From the IMG/VR virus record IMGVR_UViG_3300033073_000980, positions 8,080 to 72,079 of that record: 64,000 bases of DNA. The stretch is one strand, 5' to 3'. Each line of letters starts with the position of its first letter. The first letter of the stretch is position 1. Shown one piece after another: positions 26,630-35,750 of this stretch. The position numbers and the translations under genes are program-made. The stretch is from a virus (lineage: Duplodnaviria > Caudoviricetes). The notes under the pieces were generated by a model, which saw only the letters and a list, made by a program, of their open reading frames with translations, was not told the DNA's origin and made no database searches.

Positions 26630-28966
26630 TTAGTGACCATCTCGGAAGTTCTTTGCAATTTCCGGTGGTGCTTTTAATGTTACTCCGGGTAATTGTGTAG
26701 TAGTTTCCATAATATGCTTGACAACTCCTGCTGCTTCATGAGCTAGTTCTTCTTTAACCTTGATGATTAATTGGTCATGAATCTGAGCGATAACAATACC
26801 GTCCCAACCTCTTCTATTAAACTCTCTGTTAATAGCTAAAGCTGCTCGGTTAACAACCGATGCTGCAAGAGACTGAATCTGAAAGTTCAAGCAGTTATTC
26901 AAAGCATTTTTATAATCACCATAGAGCTTCTTAACATTATCTCCTCCAATCTCTTTAGTCAAATCGTTTCTAAACTTCCAATCCATGATCTTCTCTCCAA
27001 AGGCATCATAAACAGCTTTACCTCTCTCAAGGTGTCTGATTCGACCTACTTGGTTTCTGATAAAGCCGTCTCTTTTAAATAATGCTCTTGAGTTATCAAC
27101 CCATTGAGCAACTCCAGGAAACCCTGCCATGTAACCTTCGTGAAGTCTCTTTCCTTCTTCTTGAGATACTCCTAATGACATCGCTAGTGCATAAGGAGAC
27201 ATTCCGTAAGCAACTCCTAATGAATAAGCCTTCGCTTGGTTTCGTTTAGGGGCATCAAGCTTCTTAAGGAAGTTAGGAGCTTTTTTATCTGCCGATACTC
27301 CATCAGGGTACTTGTCTCTCTGTTCATCAAGCTTCTCAGTTCGGATAGCAACTGTTGAGTAGAAGTCATGACCTTGGTTAAAGATCTCCTGCAAGTTTTC
27401 ATCGTTGGAGATAGAAGCAAAGATGTGAGGCTCTAATGATTCGAAGTCATTATCAATCAATAAGTAACCCGGGTCGGTAATAAAGAAAGCTCTAATCTCG
27501 TTATTATACTTAACGATAATTGGATCTGCTTCTCCATCCTCTTTCGGCTTAGGTAACTGCTGAAGGTCGGATCCGTACCGGCCGGACACAGTTCCGTTCT
27601 GTTTGAAGTAGGGATAAAAACGTCCATCCTCTGCTGAGTCATAGAATCGATCCACATAGGTAGATTTAATCTTTAGAAGCTTATTATAGATGCGAAGGTT
27701 TCTACACCATTCATATTTATCAGACAAAGCTTGAATCATATCATCATCGAATTGAGCTTGTCCTTTAGCTGTCTTCGATAATGGTTTCTCTTTTAAGTAA
27801 TCAAAAGCAATCTCACCTAACTGCTTCTTTGACTGAATGTTAATAAACTCACCGTCGTTGTTATCCTTCCACATCTTCATAGATACTCTAACAACAGTTT
27901 CTTCTGATAAATGGGATAAGTCTCCAGATAAAAGGTATTCACGAACTGGATGCTCTTCAAGCATTAAAACGTTTGCTTGCTTCAAAGAATAACCTCTAGA
28001 TGTTTTCGGCATAGGTAGTCCATAAAGGTCAACCAAAGTACCTGCCCACTTTCCTTTCTGAGAAGGTGGAAACTCTTTCAAGGCTGAATCAATAATCCAT
28101 TCTTTAACTTTAGGTAACTTTAATAATTCATCAATAACAGCCCGGCGATACTTCTCCTGGTCAGCAACAATATCTTCTCGAGTCTTTTCTATCAAAGGTA
28201 TATCAAGGGCTATGCCTTCTATCTCCATTGGAATAGTAACCTCTCTATAAAGAGGCATCACTTCGTCTTCGAAAAAGAACTTAGTTAGTCCTTCTCCTTC
28301 TAAAACAGGTAAGAAGTAATTACAGATACGTAGAGTTAAATCAGTATCGGCAGCAGCATACTCCCCTAGGAGGTTCATATCTGCTTTGTAGATCTCAAAG
28401 TTATCTTTCGTAACTGATCCTCCATTCTCTTTGATTGAGTTCTTAAGATTGATCTGTTCTTGGTTAGCTGCTTCTTCAACATTCAAACCAATCTTATCCT
28501 GAATCATAATAGCAATCGATTTCAATCCGAAAGGACTAGCACCGTATCCAAATGCTCCTTCCTCTTTTACTGTATGAACTAGCAAAGCAGTATCAACCCA
28601 GAGAGAAGGTAGTAGATCTACTCCATAAAAGTTATTAGTATATCGGCAGTCAAAAGAAGCATTATGCATTACTAACTTCTTTCCAACTAGCATTGAGATT
28701 AGCTTCTTTGCTATTCGATGACATCCAATGCCTTCAATCTGACATTCCTCTAAAGTTTCAGTCTGAGTATTCCAGGCCATGGTTGGCATATAGAAACCTA
28801 AACCTTCTTCGCCGGAAACAGAAAAACCAACTATCTTTCCTTTGCGAGGATTAAGAGAGTCTGTCTCCGTATCATAAGCAATGATTTCTTTTTCGTTAAT
28901 ATGTTGAATAAGAAGATCAACTAGCTCTTTGCTGTTGACAAGGTAATACTTTTTTTCGATAACCAT
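26630..28966 (-). CDS. polA: family A DNA polymerase with 3'-5' exonuclease domain
   Basis: AYDTETD, HNASFD, YAAADT; motif A DFESLE, motif B RNQAKAYSLGVAYG, motif C QIHDQ. Confidence 0.97.
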   Translation of the reverse strand: MVIEKKYYLVNSKELVDLLIQHINEKEIIAYDTETDSLNPRKGKIVGFSVSGEEGLGFYMPTMAWNTQTETLEECQIEGIGCHRIAKKLISMLVGKKLVMHNASFDCRYTNNFYGVDLLPSLWVDTALLVHTVKEEGAFGYGASPFGLKSIAIMIQDKIGLNVEEAANQEQINLKNSIKENGGSVTKDNFEIYKADMNLLGEYAAADTDLTLRICNYFLPVLEGEGLTKFFFEDEVMPLYREVTIPMEIEGIALDIPLIEKTREDIVADQEKYRRAVIDELLKLPKVKEWIIDSALKEFPPSQKGKWAGTLVDLYGLPMPKTSRGYSLKQANVLMLEEHPVREYLLSGDLSHLSEETVVRVSMKMWKDNNDGEFINIQSKKQLGEIAFDYLKEKPLSKTAKGQAQFDDDMIQALSDKYEWCRNLRIYNKLLKIKSTYVDRFYDSAEDGRFYPYFKQNGTVSGRYGSDLQQLPKPKEDGEADPIIVKYNNEIRAFFITDPGYLLIDNDFESLEPHIFASISNDENLQEIFNQGHDFYSTVAIRTEKLDEQRDKYPDGVSADKKAPNFLKKLDAPKRNQAKAYSLGVAYGMSPYALAMSLGVSQEEGKRLHEGYMAGFPGVAQWVDNSRALFKRDGFIRNQVGRIRHLERGKAVYDAFGEKIMDWKFRNDLTKEIGGDNVKKLYGDYKNALNNCLNFQIQSLAASVVNRAALAINREFNRRGWDGIVIAQIHDQLIIKVKEELAHEAAGVVKHIMETTTQLPGVTLKAPPEIAKNFRDGH

Positions 28967-28970
28967 TACT

Positions 28971-29002
28971 TAAATATATGAAAAAAGCCCTTGGAATGCA
29001 AG
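28971..29002 (-). promoter_or_regulatory. class 1 promoter of polA, overlapping a terminator
   Basis: CTTGC-N17-CATATATTTA, 4 nt before the ATG. Confidence 0.65.
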
Positions 29003-29006
29003 GGCT
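28981..29006 (-). terminator. rho-independent terminator
   Basis: 8-bp stem AGCCCTTG/CAAGGGCT, 5-nt loop, followed by U6 on the minus strand. Confidence 0.85.
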
Positions 29007-29030
29007 CTTTAAAGTTTATTTTTGTTTTAA

Positions 29031-29630
29031 TTACTTCATCATGCTTGACAAGTAAGCAAGAACGTCGTGCTTAGCTTCTTCAACCATCTCAGGTTCAGTC
29101 ATCGGTCCTTCTTTCCACTCATCCCAAGCTTCAAGTATTTTTGCAACTCCTTCGTCGAAGGCAGGATTCATTTCAAGCAGTTCTAAATAACCACCGTGCA
29201 TCTCTTCTTTGAGAGTTTGCTTTTGAGCCCATGCAGCAACAATCTTTTCTGCTTCAGCAAGAACATCATCCTGGTCAATTTTTGCTATAAGCTCTTGAAT
29301 ATACTTATCAGCTTCCATTTTAGAAACTACTCCGGAAAGGAATTCATTTGCCTTTGCATTCTCTTCTCCTCCTAGTTCATCTGCAAGCATCATAATCATA
29401 CCCATCTGTTCGAAGGTAATCTTGTTAGATGGTCTGTTTAAGATAGCAGCTGCTTTACTAGCTTCTTCTTCTAAACTAGGTTCTTCTTTTGGACCTACAG
29501 CGTATTTGTTTGCCTCTTCTTCTTCGTAGTCAGCAACCATCTTTTCTTCTTCAGGAGTCATTTCACCACCCTTGGGTGCTACTTCAAGCATTGACTTTTT
29601 AATAAGTTCTTTTAAGTCTGAACGTTTCAT
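29031..29630 (-). CDS. acidic hypothetical protein
   Basis: 199 aa starting MKRSDLKELIK; own TATTTATA motif and terminator. Confidence 0.75.
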   Translation of the reverse strand: MKRSDLKELIKKSMLEVAPKGGEMTPEEEKMVADYEEEEANKYAVGPKEEPSLEEEASKAAAILNRPSNKITFEQMGMIMMLADELGGEENAKANEFLSGVVSKMEADKYIQELIAKIDQDDVLAEAEKIVAAWAQKQTLKEEMHGGYLELLEMNPAFDEGVAKILEAWDEWKEGPMTEPEMVEEAKHDVLAYLSSMMK

Positions 29631-29634
29631 ATAT

Positions 29635-29642
29635 TATAAATA
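29635..29642 (-). promoter_or_regulatory. class 2 (TATTTATA) putative late promoter
   Basis: 4 nt upstream of the ATG at 29630. Confidence 0.5.
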
Positions 29643-29644
29643 TG

Positions 29645-30154
29645 TTATTTTTTCTGTTCCCATGCATTAGTACCACCCTGCCACTGACCGTTGTAGAGTT
29701 CGTCTACAGGAGCGTTCTGATGGAAGAACATTTGAGCTGCTCTTGCATTCTTTTCTAGGATCAAAAATACGCTAACAATCATAACCGTACCCATCTTTTC
29801 TGTTTCGTATCCTGAATCCCATACCGGAGAAACGATTGAAGTTCCTGTACGGTACAAAGAAGATCTATGAAGAACAAACCCGGTTGCATCTGCAGGTATC
29901 TTACATCCTTCGTTGAAAGTAATTGCATAACTACCCTTATCTAATCTCCAGCATTCCTTACCGTCAATCTTAACAGTATCAACTTCGATAAAGTTCATAG
30001 GATCTAAGATAGTTTTGTCTTTATAAACTACCGAACCTCCTAAGATTCTTTCTACTTTACATACTGAAAGGTCAATTCCAACTTGGGTTGGTTTTGAATA
30101 CTCTGAAGGAATTACAATCCCTCTCTCTAATATTTCTTTGCTTGTTAGTAACAT
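29645..30154 (-). CDS. dut: trimeric dUTPase (dCTP deaminase/dUTPase fold)
   Basis: GIDLSV, HRSSLYR, WDSGYE, YNGQWQG; no obvious deaminase Glu. Confidence 0.8.
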   Translation of the reverse strand: MLLTSKEILERGIVIPSEYSKPTQVGIDLSVCKVERILGGSVVYKDKTILDPMNFIEVDTVKIDGKECWRLDKGSYAITFNEGCKIPADATGFVLHRSSLYRTGTSIVSPVWDSGYETEKMGTVMIVSVFLILEKNARAAQMFFHQNAPVDELYNGQWQGGTNAWEQKK

Positions 30155-30155
30155 A

Positions 30156-30665
30156 TTATTCCTCTATTATTTGTCCGGTGATGAAGGGCTGGTTTCTTTT
30201 ATGTCCGTTGGTTGCATCCAGGCCGTAACCTACCAACCAGGCTTCGTTATGCAATTCAAAGCCGTACATAAGACCATCCATGTAAGAATAGCTTCTCTTA
30301 AATAAAGTAACCGGAGTAATCGACCTAGGTCCTTTAGTTTGAAGATGGGCTATCAAGCGTTTCATAGTATTACCCGAATCATAAATATCATCTACTAAGA
30401 AGATATCTTTGCCCTTAATATCAATTGAGATATCCTTTGTAATGTCAACTCGGTCTTGAACTTGACCTAGGTAAGATTTTGCTTGCATGAAATCGATTTC
30501 ACAATCAACCTCTAAATTACGAACTAAGTCTGCAAAGAACATAAATGCTCCATTCAGAACTCCAATCATTACCCGTGAGTTATTTTCGGGATTGTTTTTG
30601 TAACTTACCTCTGTAGCAAGACTTTTAACTCTTGTTTGAATTTCTTCTTCTGTAAATAAAACCAT
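30156..30665 (-). CDS. hpt: hypoxanthine/guanine phosphoribosyltransferase
   Basis: IGVLNGAFMFFADL, LVDDIYDSGNTM, WLVGYGLD. Confidence 0.93.
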   Translation of the reverse strand: MVLFTEEEIQTRVKSLATEVSYKNNPENNSRVMIGVLNGAFMFFADLVRNLEVDCEIDFMQAKSYLGQVQDRVDITKDISIDIKGKDIFLVDDIYDSGNTMKRLIAHLQTKGPRSITPVTLFKRSYSYMDGLMYGFELHNEAWLVGYGLDATNGHKRNQPFITGQIIEE

Positions 30666-30674
30666 AATCTATAA

Positions 30675-30682
30675 TATAAATA
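30675..30682 (-). promoter_or_regulatory. class 2 (TATTTATA) putative promoter
   Basis: 9 nt upstream of the hpt ATG. Confidence 0.45.
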
Positions 30683-30690
30683 TAGGAACT

Positions 30691-30999
30691 TTACTCAGTG
30701 ATTCCAACTGGTTTTATCTTTTCTAGATATTCCCAAAGTGTTTCATGACTATAACAGATTGGATTTTTATTCTCATCCCATGCCTCTAATCCTTTAGTTC
30801 CAAAATCATTTTCATAACAGAACCAGTTAAACCAATCAACTCCTTCCTCGCCGTATATTTCTTTCATGAGAGTTTGTACAATGCCGTGGTAAGGATCTAC
30901 AAACTCAATCAAGTCAACTTTATTTTTATAGAGGTTATCTATAATTCTGTCCTGTTTTTGTAATTGTAAAATTACTTTTAAAAAATTTTCGTACATCAT
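30691..30999 (-). CDS. hypothetical protein
   Basis: 102-aa ORF, DWFNWFCYE motif. Confidence 0.7.
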   Translation of the reverse strand: MMYENFLKVILQLQKQDRIIDNLYKNKVDLIEFVDPYHGIVQTLMKEIYGEEGVDWFNWFCYENDFGTKGLEAWDENKNPICYSHETLWEYLEKIKPVGITE

Positions 31000-31001
31000 A
31001 A

Positions 31002-32120
31002 CTAATTGCTTAACGGTGCTTTGATTGCCGGATGTGACTGGTAATTAATTAACTGCAAGTCTTCTTCAAGTAAGCATTTACAGAAATTATCATCCTTAAA
31101 CGAATTAAGGATTGCTGTAGCATCTAAAGGACCTACTCCGCATTCGCCTGATTCTGTTGGCCAGAACTCTGTATTGATGTTTAAGGTAGGTAGTAGATCA
31201 AACGACTCTCTTTCTATCTGCTCTTTAGCCTGCTCAATATGATTCAAATATAAATGAGTATCTCCTAAATTACCAATCAATTCATCAGGAACCATATTAA
31301 CCATCTTAGCAATAATCTCAAGTAATAAACCATAAGAAGCAATGTTGAATGGTAAACCTAAAAATGTATCTACTGAACGTTGATTCCACATTAGAGAGAT
31401 TGCTCTAGTTGGTATGTTTAACTTATCTACTCGTTCTAAGTTATCTTCATGGGTTCTTATTTTTTCTTCTCCTATTATTGTACTAACTAAGTTTAATCGT
31501 TCTTCCAAACTCAACTCTCTTGTATAAACTTGAAATCCATAATGACAAGGTGGAAGAACCATTTGGTCTAATTCACCTACATTCCAAGCTGAAACCATTA
31601 ATCGTCTTGAGTCTGGGTTTGTTTTAAGGTCGTTGATTAGGTTTGATATTTGGTCTACTGGTGTTGGGTCAATATCGTATTTATTATGAGCATCCCAACT
31701 TCTCCATTGTTTACCGTAAATTGGTCCTAATACACCCCACTTCTTAGCAAACTCATCATCTGTTTTAATTTTGTTAATGAATTCTTCTTGTGTTAGAATA
31801 GCTTTACCATCAATATATTCAATATTTGGTTCCCAATACTTAACATACGCTTTATAAGCATCACCATCCCAAATATGACAACCATTATCAACTAAGTACT
31901 TAATATTTGTATCACCTCTTAAGAACCATAGTAACTCAGTTACCATTGTTTTCCAAGCCATTTTTTTAGTAGTAAGCAAAGGAAACCCCCAACTCATTTT
32001 ATGTCTGATAGTATAACCAAATATTGATTTAGTACCTGTGCCGGTCCTGTCTTTCTTTTCTACTCCATAGTCTAAAATAGCCTGAAGTAATTCTTGGTAT
32101 TGTGCATCTAAACTATTCAT
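31002..32120 (-). CDS. thyA: thymidylate synthase
   Basis: GFPLLTTKK, ELLWFLRG, PIYGKQWR, SRRLMVSAWN, LPPCH, QRSVDTFLGLPFN, DTHLYLNH; several insertions. Confidence 0.97.
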   Translation of the reverse strand: MNSLDAQYQELLQAILDYGVEKKDRTGTGTKSIFGYTIRHKMSWGFPLLTTKKMAWKTMVTELLWFLRGDTNIKYLVDNGCHIWDGDAYKAYVKYWEPNIEYIDGKAILTQEEFINKIKTDDEFAKKWGVLGPIYGKQWRSWDAHNKYDIDPTPVDQISNLINDLKTNPDSRRLMVSAWNVGELDQMVLPPCHYGFQVYTRELSLEERLNLVSTIIGEEKIRTHEDNLERVDKLNIPTRAISLMWNQRSVDTFLGLPFNIASYGLLLEIIAKMVNMVPDELIGNLGDTHLYLNHIEQAKEQIERESFDLLPTLNINTEFWPTESGECGVGPLDATAILNSFKDDNFCKCLLEEDLQLINYQSHPAIKAPLSN

Positions 32121-32343
32121 TTCCTAATTGTTTTAAAACCATTTGTTTAATCTCTTCAATTTCTTTATCGGTAGCATTAATAGCATTGTAACATTCAAAC
32201 TCTACTTTCTCAGTGTGGTTTTCAATCAGCGGTAAAACGTGATAGTCGGGTAATTTATTTTCTAACCATCTAGTTGTATGTTCAAAAGATTCCTTGAGAT
32301 TAGACGAGTGTGGAAATCTAATTATAAAAATTGGTTTGCTCAT
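32113..32343 (-). CDS. hypothetical protein
   Basis: 76-aa ORF. Confidence 0.65.
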   Translation of the reverse strand: MSKPIFIIRFPHSSNLKESFEHTTRWLENKLPDYHVLPLIENHTEKVEFECYNAINATDKEIEEIKQMVLKQLGNE

Positions 32344-32741
32344 AACTTTGATGGTGGTGTATTGAAGACTCTCTTAACTTGTTCTGAAATTGGAATGGGA
32401 ATCCCTTCTTCGTCTACTCGAACAAACGTCATTGTGGTTGCAAGTAGAACTACTTCATCGCCTCTGAAGACATTATATCCTCTTGCTTCAACTGCAAAGG
32501 TTGCCGAAGTATTTCCGATCTTTGTCATCTGAGCATAGATCTTTACTAGCTGCTTTTCTTTAGCAGGTTTCCTAAAAACACACTGGTCAAGAGCAATCGT
32601 GATCATATTTTGTGATCTGCATTTCTCCATTGCATAAGCTGCTAAGGCAGCATCTACCCAAGAGAGTAACTTGCCTCCAAATAAATTACCGTGGAAGCCT
32701 AAATCTGATTTCTTGACCGGGTGTGTTGATAGTAAGTCCAT
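32340..32741 (-). CDS. HotDog-fold acyl-CoA thioesterase (YciA-like)
   Basis: DLGFHGNLFGGKLLSWVD, FRKP, IGNTS, TFVRVDEEG. Confidence 0.88.
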   Translation of the reverse strand: MDLLSTHPVKKSDLGFHGNLFGGKLLSWVDAALAAYAMEKCRSQNMITIALDQCVFRKPAKEKQLVKIYAQMTKIGNTSATFAVEARGYNVFRGDEVVLLATTMTFVRVDEEGIPIPISEQVKRVFNTPPSKL

Positions 32742-32965
32742 TAATTCTCTTTTAAATAATCTCTAATTTCAGCAGCTCTTTCATACTCCTCTACCTCAGG
32801 TAAGATAGCATAATCCATTATATCCTGAAGTAATGCTTTAAGGTTTCCTTTATGTTTCCAATCCAGGATGTCTTGTAGCCGGATTTTCTCTTCAAAAGGA
32901 ATATTTGAATTATAAATTTCCGGATGCATTTTGTCTTTATAAAGGAGTTGAATGCTGTAGTCCAT
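32741..32965 (-). CDS. hypothetical protein with UVR-like C-terminus
   Basis: EEYERAAEIRD. Confidence 0.6.
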   Translation of the reverse strand: MDYSIQLLYKDKMHPEIYNSNIPFEEKIRLQDILDWKHKGNLKALLQDIMDYAILPEVEEYERAAEIRDYLKEN

Positions 32966-33762
32966 TAAACTGCTCTTTTAGTATCGTAGCTAATAATATG
33001 ATCTCGGCCAGTCCAATTGTATCCCATTTCAAATGCTTTCTCTAATGAGATTGGATATTGCTTGATCAATTCTTCTCTGTTATCACCGGCAGGCATCAAC
33101 CAAGTCTTGTTCTTAGGAATGTTGTGCTTTACTCTGAATTCTTCAATCTCTTGAATATTTTCTTCAGTTCCATCATACACTGGTTTATAATGGTAATCCG
33201 AATGGTATGCAAGGGTCTGTGCAATTGCTTCATGATTCAAACGTAAACTGTTATGTTTATCAATCATTTTTTGGTCCACCAACTTACCCATTGGAGTAGT
33301 AACATCAAGCTTAGGCACACTATTACTAAACTTAGGTGATAAGGAAATAAGACCAATCGGATAATCAGTTTCAACAAAATGTGAACCTTCTGTCTCAATA
33401 GTTATGAATATTCCTCTTTCGTTAGCAAAGTGAGTCAATTCATTCACCAAATCCGGCTGCATGGTAGGCGAACCTCCTGTTAACATCATTTCAGTAATGC
33501 CTGGATTCTCATCGTAGATCTTAATGATGTCGTTAAACGTATAAGTTCCTTTACCTGGATGGATAGAAGTATACCAGCTATCACACCAACCACCTGCTCC
33601 AAACCAGCAACGGTGAGTACATCCTGTTGTTCTAACTGCAACTGTTGGTCTACCTTGTCTTGAACCTTCTGATTGAATACAGGTATAAAGTTCAAGGATA
33701 GGTAATGTCTTATCGTAATCGGTAATCCTACCTGGCTTCTTATTTATCTTTTCTGTCGTCAT
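32965..33762 (-). CDS. queE: 7-carboxy-7-deazaguanine synthase (radical SAM)
   Basis: IQSEG, GCTHRCWFGAGGWCDS, LTGGSP, IETEGS, LSPK. Confidence 0.92.
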   Translation of the reverse strand: MTTEKINKKPGRITDYDKTLPILELYTCIQSEGSRQGRPTVAVRTTGCTHRCWFGAGGWCDSWYTSIHPGKGTYTFNDIIKIYDENPGITEMMLTGGSPTMQPDLVNELTHFANERGIFITIETEGSHFVETDYPIGLISLSPKFSNSVPKLDVTTPMGKLVDQKMIDKHNSLRLNHEAIAQTLAYHSDYHYKPVYDGTEENIQEIEEFRVKHNIPKNKTWLMPAGDNREELIKQYPISLEKAFEMGYNWTGRDHIISYDTKRAV

Positions 33763-34297
33763 AATTCATAACTCCTTTATCTTGAGCATAATTGTTTACT
33801 GCAACGTAGTTTGCTTCCATCCAATTAGAAGCTTCGCTATTTGAGATTGAATCCTTAAAACAGGTAGTCCAGCAGTTTGGAGTCTCCCAAAGGGTTATCT
33901 TGTGTATGCGAAGGTCTTTGTAGGATTGAAATAGAACGGTCATTGCAAGGAAGATCTCTTTGGCAATATTCTCTGCTGAAGGATTACAATACTCACCTCC
34001 ACCATTAAGACTCATGTACCAAATCTTTGAACCGGTCTTAAGTGCTGCTTCAATAACTGCTTCATCTTTTGGGTTAACCAACACTCCATGATCCATCAAG
34101 TCATCAATCCACTGGCATCCAACTCGCTTCAATTCTTTGAAGTCGATTGCATATCCGATAGATTCCATTTCGTTAAATTCGAATTCCAATTCACAATGGT
34201 AAGTATGACCATGTAGGTTAAAGCACTTCATCTTCTCGTTCATCACTCGATGCCCGGAATCGAAAGTACATTTGCGGGTAATATATTGCTTCTTCAT
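33740..34297 (-). CDS. queD: 6-carboxytetrahydropterin synthase
   Basis: FDSGHR, CFNLHGHTY, IDFKELK, DHG, PSAENIA, WETP. Confidence 0.92.
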   Translation of the reverse strand: MKKQYITRKCTFDSGHRVMNEKMKCFNLHGHTYHCELEFEFNEMESIGYAIDFKELKRVGCQWIDDLMDHGVLVNPKDEAVIEAALKTGSKIWYMSLNGGGEYCNPSAENIAKEIFLAMTVLFQSYKDLRIHKITLWETPNCWTTCFKDSISNSEASNWMEANYVAVNNYAQDKGVMNYDDRKDK

Positions 34298-34301
34298 TAT
34301 T

Positions 34302-34333
34302 CTAATATACGAAACTTACTCATTAGAGGCAAG
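34302..34333 (-). promoter_or_regulatory. class 1 promoter of queD-queE
   Basis: CTTGC-N17-CGTATATTAG, 4 nt before the ATG. Confidence 0.65.
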
Positions 34334-34334
34334 C

Positions 34335-34583
34335 TTAAGCATTATTATATGCACTCATAACCTTAGCTGGGTCTTGTACTCCAACCATTCGATTAACTGC
34401 TTGACCGTCTTTCAAAATAACAATTGTTGGTACACTGCGTACTGAGTAAGCATTTGCTAAATCAGGTTGTTCGTCAACGTTAATCTTCTGAACAGGATAA
34501 GCTCTTCCTACCTGCTCCATTACTGGTCCAAATTGCTTGCAAGGACCGCACCAAGGTGCACTAAAATATAAAATCTTTTTCAT
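34335..34583 (-). CDS. trxA: thioredoxin
   Basis: WCGPCK, VRSVPT. Confidence 0.95.
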   Translation of the reverse strand: MKKILYFSAPWCGPCKQFGPVMEQVGRAYPVQKINVDEQPDLANAYSVRSVPTIVILKDGQAVNRMVGVQDPAKVMSAYNNA

Positions 34584-34735
34584 ACTAATTCTTCTATAAT
34601 ACCTATTAGTTCGCTAATAATTAAGATAACTGCTCCAAGGCTAACGCTCCAGAATAGAGCAACGTAACCGGAGATTCTAACAGCTGATTTCAAAAAGCTG
34701 ACTAATTGATGTAATTTTGGGTCTGGGTGATTCAT
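34580..34735 (-). CDS. small membrane protein (51 aa)
   Basis: Manual ORF MNHPDPKLHQLVSFLKSAVRISGY...ELIGIIEELV; ATGA overlaps at both ends. Confidence 0.65.
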   Translation of the reverse strand: MNHPDPKLHQLVSFLKSAVRISGYVALFWSVSLGAVILIISELIGIIEELV

Positions 34736-34902
34736 AGTTCTAATAATTCTGTTCCTGGGTTTAATTTTAATATTCGTGATGTATTCTCTTTATGCAAAAG
34801 TTTTCCTTCAGACCAATCGTGAGTCCAGACAAGGGAGCCTTGTACCATACCGGCATAGGCTTCCCCTTCTCTGTTCACTATCAGATAATACTTATCCTTC
34901 AT
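34732..34902 (-). CDS. small hypothetical protein (56 aa)
   Basis: Manual ORF MKDKYYLIVNREGEAYAG...ELLEL. Confidence 0.6.
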   Translation of the reverse strand: MKDKYYLIVNREGEAYAGMVQGSLVWTHDWSEGKLLHKENTSRILKLNPGTELLEL

Positions 34903-35749
34903 GCTTACTTAGAATGTTTTTAACATGTTCAACTACTTGCTCCCAAGTAACTGGACCTCCTTCGTCGGCATATTGAACTGGATCTTTTCTTCCTAGTTTA
35001 ATAAATGCTTCTACTCGTTCTACTGAAGATGCTGATTTGTAATCAGAGTACCATTGACCTCTGGCTCCAAACATTGCTGTCTCAGGTTTGCCATTAAACG
35101 GCCAAAAGATTGGCTTGTATGAGGTATTAGTCTTTTCATAAACAGAATCAAAGTCAATATGCATTCTATCACAGCACTTCTCTCCATCTTTTAAGATTCC
35201 AAACTTATTACTATTCAAGTAAGGAGTATACAAACTTACTTTCTCAGCACCCCAGTTGCCTGATTTAAATGCTTCGAAGTCTACATCTCTAAACTCCTGC
35301 CTGCAGTCTGGATAGATAGCATGATCACCTGCGTGGATGCCCATTGCAATAACTGCTTCAGTATTCTTTTGTTCAGCAACTGATAATGCAACTGCTTGAA
35401 TAATAGAACTAAAGATTTTATTCCTATTCGGAACAACCGTTGCTTTCATATTCTCTTCAGCATAATGCCCTTCAGGAACGTCTGCACCGCCTGTAACTAA
35501 GGCCGAGTTAAGCAATTGGGTCAATCCGTCAAGCTTAATTACCTGATAACGAATCAAAGGATAACCTAATGCAGGTAGTTGATTGTTTAAATACTGAACC
35601 AAAGATTGAGCTCTTTCAAGTTCTACTTTGTGTTTCTGTCCATAATCAAAGGACAATGCTGTAACTTCGTAGCCATCGGCAAGTAGACGAAGCAGTAGGG
35701 TAGAACTATCCATTCCACCGCTCAACGATAATACTGCTTGTTTTGCCAT
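34892..35749 (-). CDS. queC: 7-cyano-7-deazaguanine (preQ0) synthase
   Basis: SGGMDS, FDYGQKH, VPNRN, YPDCR; the C-terminal Zn cysteines are replaced (TSY...DYKSASSVER). Confidence 0.92.
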   Translation of the reverse strand: MAKQAVLSLSGGMDSSTLLLRLLADGYEVTALSFDYGQKHKVELERAQSLVQYLNNQLPALGYPLIRYQVIKLDGLTQLLNSALVTGGADVPEGHYAEENMKATVVPNRNKIFSSIIQAVALSVAEQKNTEAVIAMGIHAGDHAIYPDCRQEFRDVDFEAFKSGNWGAEKVSLYTPYLNSNKFGILKDGEKCCDRMHIDFDSVYEKTNTSYKPIFWPFNGKPETAMFGARGQWYSDYKSASSVERVEAFIKLGRKDPVQYADEGGPVTWEQVVEHVKNILSKHEG

Positions 35750-35750
35750 G

